From assembly GCF_009914755.1 (NCBI RefSeq), contig NC_060928.1: a stretch of DNA of 64,000 nt. One strand, given 5' to 3'. Position 1 is the first letter of the stretch; each line of letters starts with the position of its first letter. The position numbers were made by a program, and so were the translations under genes. This DNA is from the human T2T-CHM13v2.0 reference genome, Homo sapiens. The notes under the pieces are model-generated. The model searched no databases and had not been told where the DNA came from. It saw only the letters and a program-made list of their open reading frames with translations. Positions 16,478 to 30,078 of this stretch are shown piece by piece.

Positions 16478-16584
16478 CCACAAACCAGCCGTCATCACAC
16501 TTTTCCATGACATCAATGACATCACTTTCTCTGAGCTCCAGCTCATCTTCATTCCTGGGAGTATAGTTATACAGAGCCTGAAAC
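16478..16584 (-). CDS. SORBS2: SORBS2 exon, 107 nt, SH3-3 ([17 protein letters not shown]...DDGWFV-G)
   Basis: gtttaag|G TTT...GTG G|gtatgt, phase 2-1. Confidence 0.96.
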
Positions 16585-16689
16585 CTTAAACAGGACAAGG
16601 GAATGTGTTTAAAAACATCTTGACACCTTCATGAAATATAGAAGATAGAACAATATTCATTCTTCCTTTAACATTCCTATTCTTAACAA

Positions 16690-16771
16690 CATTCTGTTGG
16701 GTGGTACAAGCCTGGTAAGCATGTAAATAGCATTCTATTGGATGGTACAAGCCTGGTAAGCAGGTACATAG
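16690..16771. repeat. Diverged 41-bp tandem duplication
   Basis: cattctgttgggtggtacaagcctggtaagcatgtaaatag / cattctattggatggtacaagcctggtaagcaggtacatag. Confidence 0.85.
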
Positions 16772-19350
16772 CAATATGTAGATCTTCACAGGCATTAGAA
16801 CACTCTAACAACATTTTGAAACTCACGAGGAATATCCATGAAAATTGTAACATTCATAAATTGGATTAAAATATGTCAACATGTATAAGTCAGACCCGCA
16901 TTTCAGTTGTCCAGCCATCTAACGTCTATCATTTAGACATTAAATAATAGTACAAAATATAAAATAAGTGATATTTGTATTATTTAACTGTTTAAAAACA
17001 AGAAGGAATCACAATTTTAGCTAGCCATAATCAGAAGCAAATAATGGGGGCTTGAGAATTGAATTTTCAAAGGTTCTAAATGGAGATAGACAAAATGTGT
17101 CAGACATGTCTTTTTAATCACTCTGTGTGAATTACTATACAAAGGAAAATTATTTTTTTTACTAAGAGGAATTCTTTAGATCAGTTTAATGTTATGGTTT
17201 GGATCAGTGTTTTCTGAGGATGTAGAATTGGAAGATTTGATGTAATTAGCCTATGAAGTTGAGTAGATGTATTCTATGTGCAGTTATTACTGATTCCATT
17301 TCAAGCAGACTATGGACATAAGTCTCTTTTTAAAATGAGTCCCAGAAAAATTGTATTTGATTTTAAAACTCTCTCTTGAAATAATTTTATATAAAAAAGA
17401 ATTATTGATAGAATGCTATCACTTTCCTTTCCCGGCCTGAATTCTTTGACAGCATATACTGTGGTGGAAATTGATCAATAATGAATTCAGACACTGAATT
17501 TGTGGTAAGAAAACACCATACATTATAATAAATAGTAACATGGGCTGGTGTTTTTGGAAAATGAAGGCGAAATTACTGTAGCTGAGAAGGTCAAGAAGAA
17601 TTTGATAGGCAGTTAACATGAAAACTTCTTCATAATAGTACTAAAATATTACCAGTACTGTGAGGGGGTTTTTAAAAATTGGGAATTTGTTTCTGCTGCT
17701 TTCTGTAACAGTCATGTCATTCTGCTAATGTGAGAAAATAATTACCACTTTCTAGGGTATTTTAGATTTTTTCATGCCAACTTAAAAAAGTTGATAATCT
17801 TGACTACCGCTCCGGAACAAGAATGATTTATTTTTAATTACTTTATGAGTCAGAAAATAATATTTTGGTAGAACAAAACTATTCTATCATTTAAACTCAA
17901 ATCTTATGTCATTAATAAGCAACAGTGACCTACTGGCTTCCCCCCGTTCATCCAGCATTTGGACTGGGGGAGCTGGATAGAGTTGGCTTCAGAGAATGCC
18001 TAACAACATCCCCTAGAAAATATTGTTTTCCCTGGCCTGGCACCAAAGCCTGAAATTTCAACATTAGAGGCTTCTTCTCCTGTTAAAACTTCATCCTTCC
18101 AGTAGACCTTACAGCCACTTATATCCTTTTGAGCATGGGCTTCTGAGGCCTTTTCTTGAGAGAGGGGTTTGTGATTATGGGGAAGGGCAGAGAAAGGCAG
18201 CTAGCATCCCAGAGTAGTGGCCAAAAAGACAGGCAGGTGTGGAATACAGAAACGTCACCTGATTTGGATGTTTGCATGTGGCCAGCTTTGCTAGGGGTAG
18301 TCCATTTATTTTGTTGCTTGTGTAAAGAATTTGATTTGGAGGCTGCTCAGGTGAAGGGGTGGTATCTTTTGTGTATCTGTGGGGAAAGTTCACGGTCCCT
18401 TTTCCAGTTTCACATTTGAGAGAGATGGTGGTTCCTGGGCTGCTGTTTTGATGGATACACACGGCATTTCTCACTTTGGGAAAACTGATTCTTTTATTGA
18501 GCTTCTCAGGCTTGAACCCTGCCCAGGCTCATCTCCACCCACTCATGGAGACCGGTTACCTAAGGCTGCAAACCTCAGCTGCTGGAAAGAATCTCAAGGT
18601 CTCAGAGCTAACGCAACAAAATTGGCACAGACTCCTGCTTCATTTTTGTCTGATGAAAGCCAGCATGTTTGTCCAAATTTATTTACCATTCTGGTTTAAT
18701 TAGACCACAGAAACAAAAACAAAACAAAAGAAAACCCACGGAGTTTTATGGAAACGTAAACACACCTTCAGGAAATCCTCCTGCCTCTCCTGGCTTTCAA
18801 AGCCAGTGTTGCACAATGGGAAATGAAGACAAATCCAATGTTAAAAAATGCTGTTGTGAAAGATGTGTTGGTGAGGTGAGTGATGGTGGTGGGGTAAGGA
18901 TGCCTCAAAAAGAAAGGTGTCTTTTAAACAGGAAATGCTGAGCCAGACTGGAAGCCCTCTCGATAACTTGCAACTTTTTCTAGAACATATTTCACTAAAA
19001 CTCTGAATTGTAGTGACATAACATTATGTTCCTACTTTGGCTCAAAACTTATTTTTAAATGAAAGCAACTAAGCAACACCCTAAAATCCCACTAATTCAG
19101 GCTATAATCAAATATAAATTTAATAAACAATGTTTTCTAATATACAAATCAGGACTTTGAAAATGTAACATATCTTTCATTCATAAACACTTTGAAAGCT
19201 GTTTAATATAACATGTTGGTAATGCAATAAACCTAAACAGCCCTGGAATTTATTTTTTATCATGTGATCTTATCATCGTTTGGGTAAATAAGAGAACAAA
19301 CAAAAGCTTTAGAATGACAAGTCGTATTTAGTGTTTTCCAGTTAAGCGAT

Positions 19351-19640
19351 CTTTTTGTTTGTTTGTTTGTTTGAGACAGGGTCTTGCTCTGTTGCCCAGG
19401 CTGGAGTGCAGGGCCATCATCATGGCTTATTGTAGCCTTGATCTCCCTGGCCCAAGTGATCTTCCCACCTCAGCCTACTAAGCAGCTGGGACTACAGGCG
19501 CATGCCATCACACCTGACTAATTTTTTATTTTTATTTTTGTAGAGATGGTGTTTTGCTATGTTGTCCAGGCTGGTCTTGAACTCCTGGGTTTTGGCCTTC
19601 CAAAGTGCTGGGATTTCAGGCATAGTGACTGCACCTAACC
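19351..19640 (-). mobile_element. Alu (AluJ-like)
   Basis: Diverged Alu consensus with (TTTG)n tail. Confidence 0.88.
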
Positions 19641-20684
19641 TTCAGTGAGATTTCAAATGATTATCACTGCTAACCTGTTCTTTCCAAAATACAGACTTTC
19701 CCGCAACAAGAACACTTTTCTGCCTGTGCTCTGTGAGAGCCAGTCTCATCCGGAGCTGCTTTTTGCTAAGTTTCAGGTCTGTGAGGAGCAAGGAAGGACT
19801 TGATGGTGATAAAGGCACCAGGTCATATGCCAGGACCTGCCGCAAGGAGGAGGCTATTGTTAGCCTGTTCTGCTCCAGGTGAGCAGAGTGTGGGCAGTGG
19901 GTCAGGATCCCCAGTGTGTGCTCAGATATGGGGGACAAGGGGTTAGGTCCATGAATAAGCCTTCCCAGGGGTCTCACTCTCGACTCACAGTGTGGGCAGA
20001 GGCCAACAGGAAGCTGATAACTCCTGAACGTCTCTCAGGGACAAAATGGGCCCGAAAAAGAAACACACAGAGAGAATCTTCAAGACAACGTGTGACACCT
20101 TCAGGCTGATTTAACTCATGTATCAGAAAGGAGAAGGAATTTGAAAGGAAAGTTTGAAAAGGCATTTTCCTGGTGCTGTGGAAGTAATCGCATGTAACTG
20201 AATAACAGTGAGTGTTTTAATACTGCCCTTTTCAAATGACCCTTCTAAGCATGTAACTTTGGAATGATGGAATGATCGCTTTAGGTCTTTTTTACACTGA
20301 GGTCCACTTTTACCGTCTCCCAGTGGGTGTAAAAGTAAGGTTAGAACATGTTCTGTATGTCTTTGAAGCTCGCAGTTACTCGTTACACAGCCAGCAGAGC
20401 AGAGAGGGAGACAGAGTTATCCATCTTAGGAATCACTGAAGCATTGGGAAGTTTTCCTAGTGTGTCAATTAAAATCTTCTCAGAGAACTATGGGTTCTTT
20501 TAAAAATTAGTTTCTGGTCACTGTCATAAAAGATGGAGAGACTATTACAATTTCTCGTAATTTAAGAGGCCTCATGTTAGTTTGATCTTTCACGTGCAAA
20601 GCCATACATCTTACATTTTGGTACAGTTGTCCATTTTGTGGGTCAAGGTTAGTCTCAAATTTAGAAGATAAGAAGAATACTTAC

Positions 20685-20734
20685 GGTTCCCCCCCACCTT
20701 GAATATTTTCATGAGTAAACACAGGACGCTGTGG
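20685..20734 (-). CDS. SORBS2: SORBS2 exon, 50 nt, PQRPVFTHENIQGGGE(P)
   Basis: atttcag|CCA...GAACC|gtaagt, phase 0-2. Confidence 0.94.
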
Positions 20735-23232
20735 CTGAAATGAAATGATTTTCAATGTAATCAATGTTTAAACTGGTACTAATTAAAAGATAATTTGGAT
20801 AATGGCATGGTACTTTTCTTGACATTTAATATTTCCTGTTGTAAAAAACCAAGAGGAAGAAAAAAACCAAATAAAAGCTTTCTGCAGGATTAATAATTAA
20901 AATATTTAAAGGGAGCTTTAAATTAAAGCAAAATAAGCAAGGTCAAATGTTTTGAACATGTCTACAATCTAGTCTGCTCAAGCTTTAAGGAAAAGTCAGG
21001 GTTTGGTCCCATTGATTTTTCAAAGGCCAGGAATAAGGCAAGAACATAGACGGCAAACCACTAGAATAGGAAATATAGACACCTTCATACAACCTTATTC
21101 TCCAGCGTTTTCTCAAACAAGCAGAAAATAAACCACATTTAGTTTAACAGCAAAGTATCCACACTCATTCTTTCAATCTTTCCTTCACAGACAACATTTT
21201 CACATACAGCACAGAGGAAAATATCAATAGGCAGACATCCCATGCTACATTTGAATTAACATTTTCTGTTCTCAATGTGGAGAGAAAACATGCATTTTTA
21301 AAAAGAGAAAACAGAACTTTGGAATGCAACGAACAATATCCGGGTAACATGTAACATTTTACCTTAGAAGAGAAACATTGGTAGAAATTTCCAGTGCACT
21401 GAACTCTCAAAAGAGTTTCTTTTCTTTTTAAACTAAGCATCAAGACCAGTATCTGTAATAGATACTTATAATATTGGAAATGACAAGCCTTAGCATCCCA
21501 TATACCCACATTAATATTTTCAGTGAATGAAAGTTAACATGTTTGTTGAATATATAAACTCAGTGTAATTTATATTGACTACCTAAACTTTACCTTTTAG
21601 GGGAGAAATGCAAACAAATCATTCATAATCCATTTCAAAAGCATTTGCTTCTAAATGATAGCTACAGGGTAAAATCAGAATTTGCATGGCAATTATATAA
21701 GTGACTGTTTGATGACTACTGAAATAGCTATTAGATCCATGTCCTTAGACTTTGGGACCAGTTCTTAGATTTCCATAGTTATGAGTGGATTACTGATAGG
21801 CTGAAATCTCTTGCTGCCAATTGTCCATAGAAACCCCACTGATCCAAGCTTGGATGGATAATTCTGAGGTTCCTTTCAGTCTACGAGTCAATGATTCACC
21901 CACTTCCTAAATTCTTTATCCACCCCCTTTCTATCCTACTTGTCTATCTAGCATAAGACTAGGTACTCACAGTACTAAAACTGTAAGCTCTGACTCGGTT
22001 AACTGGAAACCTTTATTAACAGTGTTCTTAGAAATTTCACTCAACAGTCTGTGGATAGAATATTTAAAACTAGAGTGCGTAAGAATTACTGCACACAATT
22101 ATGACTTAAGAGTGAAATAGTTTACTCCTGTAAATCAATATGACTACTAATGATGTATCTATTATTAAAATTGGAAGATATTCATATTTTAAGAAAAATT
22201 ATGACTAACCAGTTTTCCAACCATCTTAAAGGTCATTTAATTCAAGATATTATTAAATCAATTTAAATATATAAGATGGTAATTGTAAGTCATTGATAAG
22301 CCTGTATCATATTACCTATTTCAAGTTCTCTTCCAGTCCAATAAAACTTTATATATGTATAAAACTTTCATGCAGAAGTAAGATTTGTATACATCAATTG
22401 CCATTAATATTATTTTGTAATAACTTTCCAGTCTTTTTTTCTCAGTCTTCTTTCTTATTTCAAATGTCTGCAGAATAATGTTCTCCCACGTGTGTCTACA
22501 TATCATAGTTTTCTTAACCATTCCTCTCTTTTTTTTTTAGTTTTGAAGTTAGAATTGGTCTAGTCTTTTTTTTTTTGCTATCATAAACAGCAATGCTATA
22601 CACATTTTTTATGCAAAGAGCTATTTTCTTCTTTTGAACTATTCTTTAGAATATATTCCCAGGAGTAAAACTTCTGGCCAAAGAGTATGCATTAAAGCCA
22701 TATGATTTTGAGAATGTACATGTTAGTCACTGAAAAATACTGTACTCAAAAGTAACTTGAAAATGTCTAATATGCCAGACTGCATATCATATACCAAGAT
22801 AGCTACTACTCTTTCCCCAAAACAATCATAGCACCATTTGCAGTGCATAATAAAGTTATGAATAAGAAAATATTATTTATTCTTGTCTTAAGAGAAAATG
22901 TTGTGTAAAATATATTTCATTATGCTCTAAAATTGGCATCCCTGTTTTCACACATTTAAACCATTTTAATATTTTAAAATTGAGTAAAAGTTTCAACTTC
23001 TACATCATGGCATCCAATGCTTTGTAAAACTGGTTAGTTTCATTTCATTGCTCTTTTGTTAAAATGTGAATACCACTTTAAAAATCAAATTGTTCATTAA
23101 TGTAAAACAATCAACTTTTAAAGTCCGTATATCCCTTTTTAGTTATCATCATTATAATTCTACTAGTTTAATTCCTTTAACTCAACCCACCTCATCAATC
23201 ATTTAACTGAACTGTCCCATTGACCATTATGA

Positions 23233-23631
<399 letters not shown>

Positions 23632-24571
23632 CCCGTCCTTGCTTTTACCTGTTTCCCAATTTCTCTTTTCCCTTCCTTCATATCTTTCAAACCCTGCCCC
23701 TCTTTTTACACACAAATCATCAGTTTTCTATACTGTTCACATCCTGAGGCCAGAATCAATCAAGACTTTTCGTAGCAGAGAAGTTGTGTGTGTCTTATAA
23801 TGGCGAGTTTTAGAACTTTTCAAAGCTTACCTTTAACAAGAATCACCTCCATGTTAATGTGGATAACTAGGAGACAGTTTTGAGGAAAGCTGACTAATTA
23901 CAGTACTTGAAATAGTTTATTTTAAAGGCATTTGACTAGTAGGGAATGAGTAGCAAGAACAGTTATCTAAGACGGCTCATCTGCGTCTTTCTGTTTTGGG
24001 CGTTAAGCACCATATAACCTTGGGGATGCCTCAGCTTCCCTATCTCTGAAATCAATGAGTTGGACAAGATGAGGGTTAATCGGGTCCCCTCAGGGATTCC
24101 ATGAAGGATACACATTTCCACAGATGTATTTCCTCTGCTGTGTAAAGGTGTCCGTCATCAGTTTTACACAGAGAGCTGGGACACTGACATTGATTGGTTA
24201 ATTCTCATGTGTCTCGGTCACGTAAAAAAAAATAATGGTTACAATTCAACTCCATTTTGCAGAATGGTAAACCAAAACCCAAAGATACTGGATAATTTCT
24301 TAATACGACAAATAGGTAAAAAACAAACAGAAAAAGAAACAAAATGGTAATTTCGATGTGCACGCTATTGCATGAAAGATTACTATGATGGACTACTTGG
24401 CCTACCTTGGCTAAAATCAGCATCTTAATTTTGACGCTGAGGTAGGTGCAAATGTCCTATAAGGTGATGTAAATAGATTATCTGGGGAGACTGTCTTTCG
24501 CCCTTTCCCCTTGGTGATGTAACTCAAATGGCAAGTCGCTTAAGCAGAGATTTGTAATGCAGCTGCACTCT

Positions 24572-24586
24572 GTCGCCACCTAGTGG
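24572..24586 (-). promoter_or_regulatory. CTCF core motif
   Basis: Minus-strand CCACTAGGTGGCGAC closely matches the CTCF consensus CCASYAGRKGGCRS. Confidence 0.6.
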
Positions 24587-27098
24587 TGAGCAATGGCAGC
24601 AACAAGCTGAGAGTTGTTTCTGCTTTATCTGCCCCTTTTTATCCAAGTTCCCAAGGCTGGAAAAATTTTAAAAGCCTATTTTAAAGGCCGCAGAGTGATG
24701 TGGAATAGACAGTCATCTGTTTTCCTAACCATGTTCTTCCCTCCCCACGTTTTAAATTTTTGAGAAAGCATCCCTTGTAAAGCCACCAGCATTTTTGGTC
24801 CGTGTCCATTTCTATTTTGACTATCTGTGCAGGCATTTCCATTTCCCCTAACTTCTTAGCAGTTTTAAGATAAATATAGAACAATATACACTTGTGACAT
24901 TCAGAGAGGCTTACATGAGCTGAACCTAGAAAGATGGCTTTCAACTGACACATTACAATCACTGTGCTGGGCATTTTGAACAAGAATTATATTATGCTTA
25001 TATTTCCTTGATGAATCTTAAGAGTAGAACAAGAGAAAAATCCAGTGAAGCATGCTGCGGTTTTCATCGTATCCTAAATATGTATTTTTTTCTGTAGCCC
25101 TGACTATGTAAGTATTTTTCTGTAGCTATTTTTTAATGTTGTCAAAAACGGATACAAAAGAGACAAGTTTTAAACACATGCTAATTTCCAAAGCCAGAAC
25201 CAATCACAAGTTGCTGTTCATAAGGAAGCTGGTTTGAAACATCATGGAGTCTGTAACATCAGTAAAATATATACTTTCCGATCTTAGTGAGCTACAGTCT
25301 GTTGAAAAGCCGTCTAATTTATCAAAGCTTCTGCAGTTATCTCTGGAGGATTAGCTATATTTAGTATCAAATAATTCTTAAAGAAGGATTGACTGTTACT
25401 TTAAACACTAATGCAAAAAAATCTCTGAAAGCAATATAAGCAGTGCTAAAGTGTTTTTATCTTTTTTTATAAAATATTAGTTGTCATATTTGCCCACCAG
25501 AATTCGATGAAATTCTCCTAATAATACCACGTTTATGTTTCTAGAGGCTTATTTTTCCTTCTTAAATTATGAAGGTAAAACACAACTTTGCATAAATCTA
25601 AAAAAATAGAATATTTATGGTTCACACAAACACACGTGTAATCTGACATACAAATACATAATGTAAAAATCAGGCAAAAAATAAAAAAAAAACCTTAAGG
25701 GGAACACAAGCATACCATCTCGTGGACCCACAGGAGGGTTATAGATGGGTCCTTTTCACTGCAAAAGAAGCTTATGTTTTGCTTTGGCTCTGGAAGGCCA
25801 TTCGGGGGAGTCTAAGAGTCTCTACAAATTGGCATTTCTGTCTCTATGGCAACACAAAGCTCTGCCTCAGCAACAAAATGAGGTCTTCCTATGCAATGCA
25901 AAAAGCACAAAGTGGCATGAATGCAGAATAATATCGACTTTTCTTTAGAAATAAAAAATGAAGACTTCTGTGAAATCAAGCCCTTGAGAACTTCTTGAAA
26001 TGCAGAAGCACGGCCATGCGATAGGCCAGTCAAGGTTGAATCCGGGTCCATTAAAACAGAAATGAGGAAAGGAATCCTGACTTATGTCCAGATGAAAATT
26101 TCCAAACTCCTTGGCTGCATTCCTTAGAATTGATAGTAAGTACCATTTAGAGTCCATGTATTTTAAAGTACTGTAGATACTATGGAACGAAGTAGCTAAG
26201 GGAAAGTAATTTGACCTTTAAGTTCAATCAGAGCTGGCAAGAAATAGGAAGTGGATAGAATCCAGACAGCAGTATGGGGACAAAAGGCAGACTGAGAGGA
26301 TGTAGTGCACATCACCAGAGAAACAGAAGATGTTAGACAAGAATCATGGATTTAAAAAAAATCCAAATTGAATGACACAGAAGCAAACATGACCGGAAGT
26401 GTGTGAGTTCGGCACTGTAGATGCTTGGCAACAGTTTTTTCTTTGCAGGAGAAACGGTGACTAGAAAGCAGTGATTTAGTGTAGAACCATGAGACAGATG
26501 TAGACCACAAAACACACGACACTCTTATTTGTAGAGTAGAGAATCTGACCATGTCTTTGTGGAGTTTGGAAACCTCACACACACCTAAAAGGGAAGCACA
26601 TCACCAGGTGGTCGCTTCATCTTCAGGGTGTCTCCAGCCTCACTTTAAGGCCAGTTCACAGCAAAGACAACTAAGGAAGAGCCAGCCCTGGGGGCGGGGG
26701 AGGTGGCCAGGATGCCTGCCACAAAGTGGGGGCATGCTGACCCTACCCTGTGGGAACCGCTGAGCCCTCTGACAGGTGAGCCGCAGAATCTCCTAGACAT
26801 CACTGGGCTACGAGGAGGCTTACCCAGGACACATATCTCGCTTTTTACGTCAGCCTGGAAAATGTACAAGAAGTTAGTTAGCTCTCATCTTCGTCACACA
26901 GACTTCAGGAGGAGCTTTCCTGGCTGGCTTTTTCCATGCACACACAGCATGCCAAACTCCTGCACAACAGCAGGGCAGGGAGGGTCCACAGCTTCTCCAG
27001 CTGCTTATACAGTTTCCACACCACAGGCACCAGCTGCCATCTTAACATGGCACCCACAGGCACAGCAGAAAAAGGTTCACAGAGGAAAGCTGGCATAG

Positions 27099-27537
<439 letters not shown>

Positions 27538-28049
27538 TAGAGGAGAATTTGGCTTAATGCCTGTCAAATTTCATGGACTGTATCAGACATTTGTTGGAGG
27601 CAAAATTTTCTAACACATAAGAAGAAAATAAGGCCTTTTTGGGGGGAAACATGGTGAAATTTGATGAACTACTGAAGTGCCAACCTGTGGGCTGGACTGT
27701 TTTGGTGTTTTTTTTTTATTTTCAGAGTAAGATCTTTCATATGACAGTGAGTAAGCTGACCTTCTTTTGTGTAGGTTTTATTTTCCTTCCAATAGCGGAC
27801 AGGATCTGGCAGTGTACTGCCTGGTATTTGATCTGGCTTAAGAGAACTTCCGGAGGAATAAAACACGCTTAAATAAAAGCATGTGGTTTTCTCAACTCTC
27901 ATTTAGAAAAGTTTTCCTAATTCTCAGTAATGATTGACCTCAAATCCCCAGCCTCTCGGGATGAAATGTGTTTGGCACCGTTGCTTAAGTGTCGTGGCAG
28001 ACGATGCTTGATGCTCTCCACATCCATTCTCTTCTTGGTCCTCAGTAAT

Positions 28050-28462
28050 GGGGCCAGGCTGTTGGGTAGGCACATGGCCATTCTGGATAAAGACCACATT
28101 TCCTGACTTGTAGCTGGATGTACTCATGTCATAAGCTGAGACCGAGGGGATATATGCAATTCTGGGACTTGGCCTTCAAGGGAGAAGGTGTAATCTCCCA
28201 TCTTTTCTCCTTCCTGCTGGTTCGTGTGAGAAGGGAACTACTCGAGCTGCCACCTGGGACCCATAGCGGAAGCTTCTCTCTGAGGATGGCGATGAGCCCA
28301 CATCAGATGGAAACTCCTGGGTTCTCTGATGACTGCGGGGCCACCATACCAGTCCCGGACACCCTTCATTTATGTGTAAGAGCAATATATTTCTACGTTG
28401 TTTAAGCTATAATTATTTTGAGTTTTCTGGGACTGTGCTTATCCCAGTCTTGACTAATACAG
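28050..28462 (+). mobile_element. MLT1-type MaLR LTR
   Basis: 'gaccacatttcctgacttgtagctggatgtactcatgtcataagct' and 3' end 'ttgtttaagctata...cttgactaataca'. Confidence 0.65.
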
Positions 28463-28820
28463 GGGTTCAATGCATATCAGAGCTCTTAGAGAAAAAAAAT
28501 AACCCCATTTAGCTTTTAGAATGATGTGGATCATAACAGCTGGAAAGAGCACGTGAACATATTAGGAAAAATCAGGGCCTGATTTCATGTTGAAAACCGT
28601 GCGCCGGGGATCCCCTTCTGATGGGACTGCTTTAGGGTGACGAGACTTCCTGGTGGGACCACAACCACTGAGTTACTTGGAAGAAACCTAAAAAAGAGCC
28701 TCTCACTCTCCTCACAGAGCTTCCGCTGCAACTTGAGACCACATGCGGCAAGTCTCTTGCAAAATAGTCTCTCGGATGGAAATGGAGGCTCAGCTTATAG
28801 AGGAGCTGAGATTTATACTA

Positions 28821-29106
28821 TTTTTTTTGAGATGGAGTCTCGCTCTGTTGCCAGGCTGGAGTGCAGTGGCACGGTCTCGGCTCACTGCAACCTCTGCCTC
28901 CCGGGTTCAAGCAATTCTCTGCCTCAGCCTTCCGAGTAGCTGGGATTACAGGCACCTGTCACCACGTCCGGCTAATTTTTGTATTTTTGGTAGAGACGGG
29001 GTTTCACCATCTTGGCCAGGCTGGTCTTGAACTCCTGACCTTGTGATCCACCCACCTTGGCCTCTCAAAGTGCTGGGATTACAGGCATGAGCCACCGTGC
29101 CCAGCC
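28821..29106 (-). mobile_element. Alu, full length
   Basis: Alu consensus with TSD atttatactattttt. Confidence 0.95.
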
Positions 29107-30072
29107 AATTTATACTATTTTTTGTTATGAAAAAATCATTATTTTAAAAGCAGATGCTCAGAAGACTGGGGGAAATATTGGATTCAGATTTATACATTAA
29201 ACATAATTTATGTATCTTTCAGTCATCTGTAATCTATAAAGTGGTAGGAACTTTTACGTTTATGGAAGATTCTGGATTGCATTTACTTTTATGGAGATTG
29301 TCATTGTCTTAGAAAACACTTTAAAGAATGAAATTGCACTGACTTAACATGAGTTAACTAAACAATGGTTGATGGGGTTGATAAAAATGTTATTACAATG
29401 ATTTCATGCGTGCTATACTATGTCATTAAAACATTACTAAGAGTTTATTTTCTCTTTGCTTTCAGTGCTGGGTTATTTCTTTTCTTTACAATGAGCATCA
29501 GCATTCTTGAAATGGAAGAAATAAAAAGGCTTCGGACTCAGATTGGCAGAGTTTGTAACTGGGTCAGATGCAGAATTAAACTATAATGGCCTAAAATTAC
29601 GAGTTGATTCAATTTGTACTTAAATTTACAAGCACAAATAACTTCAGTGAATATATTCTTTCAATGACTACAAAATAGATTTATAAGGTTTAAAAAAACT
29701 CAGTGGGAGATTCAAAAATTGAGATTTCCTCCTAAATAGGAGATAAAACAGAGAAAATCACTTTGATTTGCTGGAGTTAGTCAGAAGTATCTCATGTGGT
29801 CATTAAAATATTCTTTTAAAACATAGTTATTGTGAATACCTCCATTCTCTCATGTCATTCTGCAAACAACGGAAACTTAAAGAATATACGAGAAGAATTT
29901 TGTTCTTGCAGAAGAGTAAACCTTTTTAAATCCTGGCTTTGTCCTGATGCTACGATGGTGCGTCCTCCGTCTTTCCAAATTAGAGAACTCAGATTCTAAG
30001 GCTACTTTCCCTCTTATTGACTAAGCTTAAAAACCGAAGAACAAGTTAAAAAAAAAGACAAGAAATAAATAC

Positions 30073-30078
30073 CTTGGC
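30073..30078 (-). CDS. SORBS2: Candidate 6-nt microexon (Ala-Lys)
   Basis: tttctctttttttctcttctgtctgtggttttatttttaag|GCCAAG|gtattt, frame-preserving in a phase-0 intron. Confidence 0.4.

Noticed and set aside
24406-24456. 51-nt in-frame exon candidate (DICTYLSVKIKMLILAK) with donor AAG|gtaggc
   Set aside because: Poor pyrimidine tract and no supporting motif, so indistinguishable from a pseudo-exon.
27917-28405. Cluster of short ORFs
   Set aside because: They overlap an MLT1 LTR and have no compatible splice sites.
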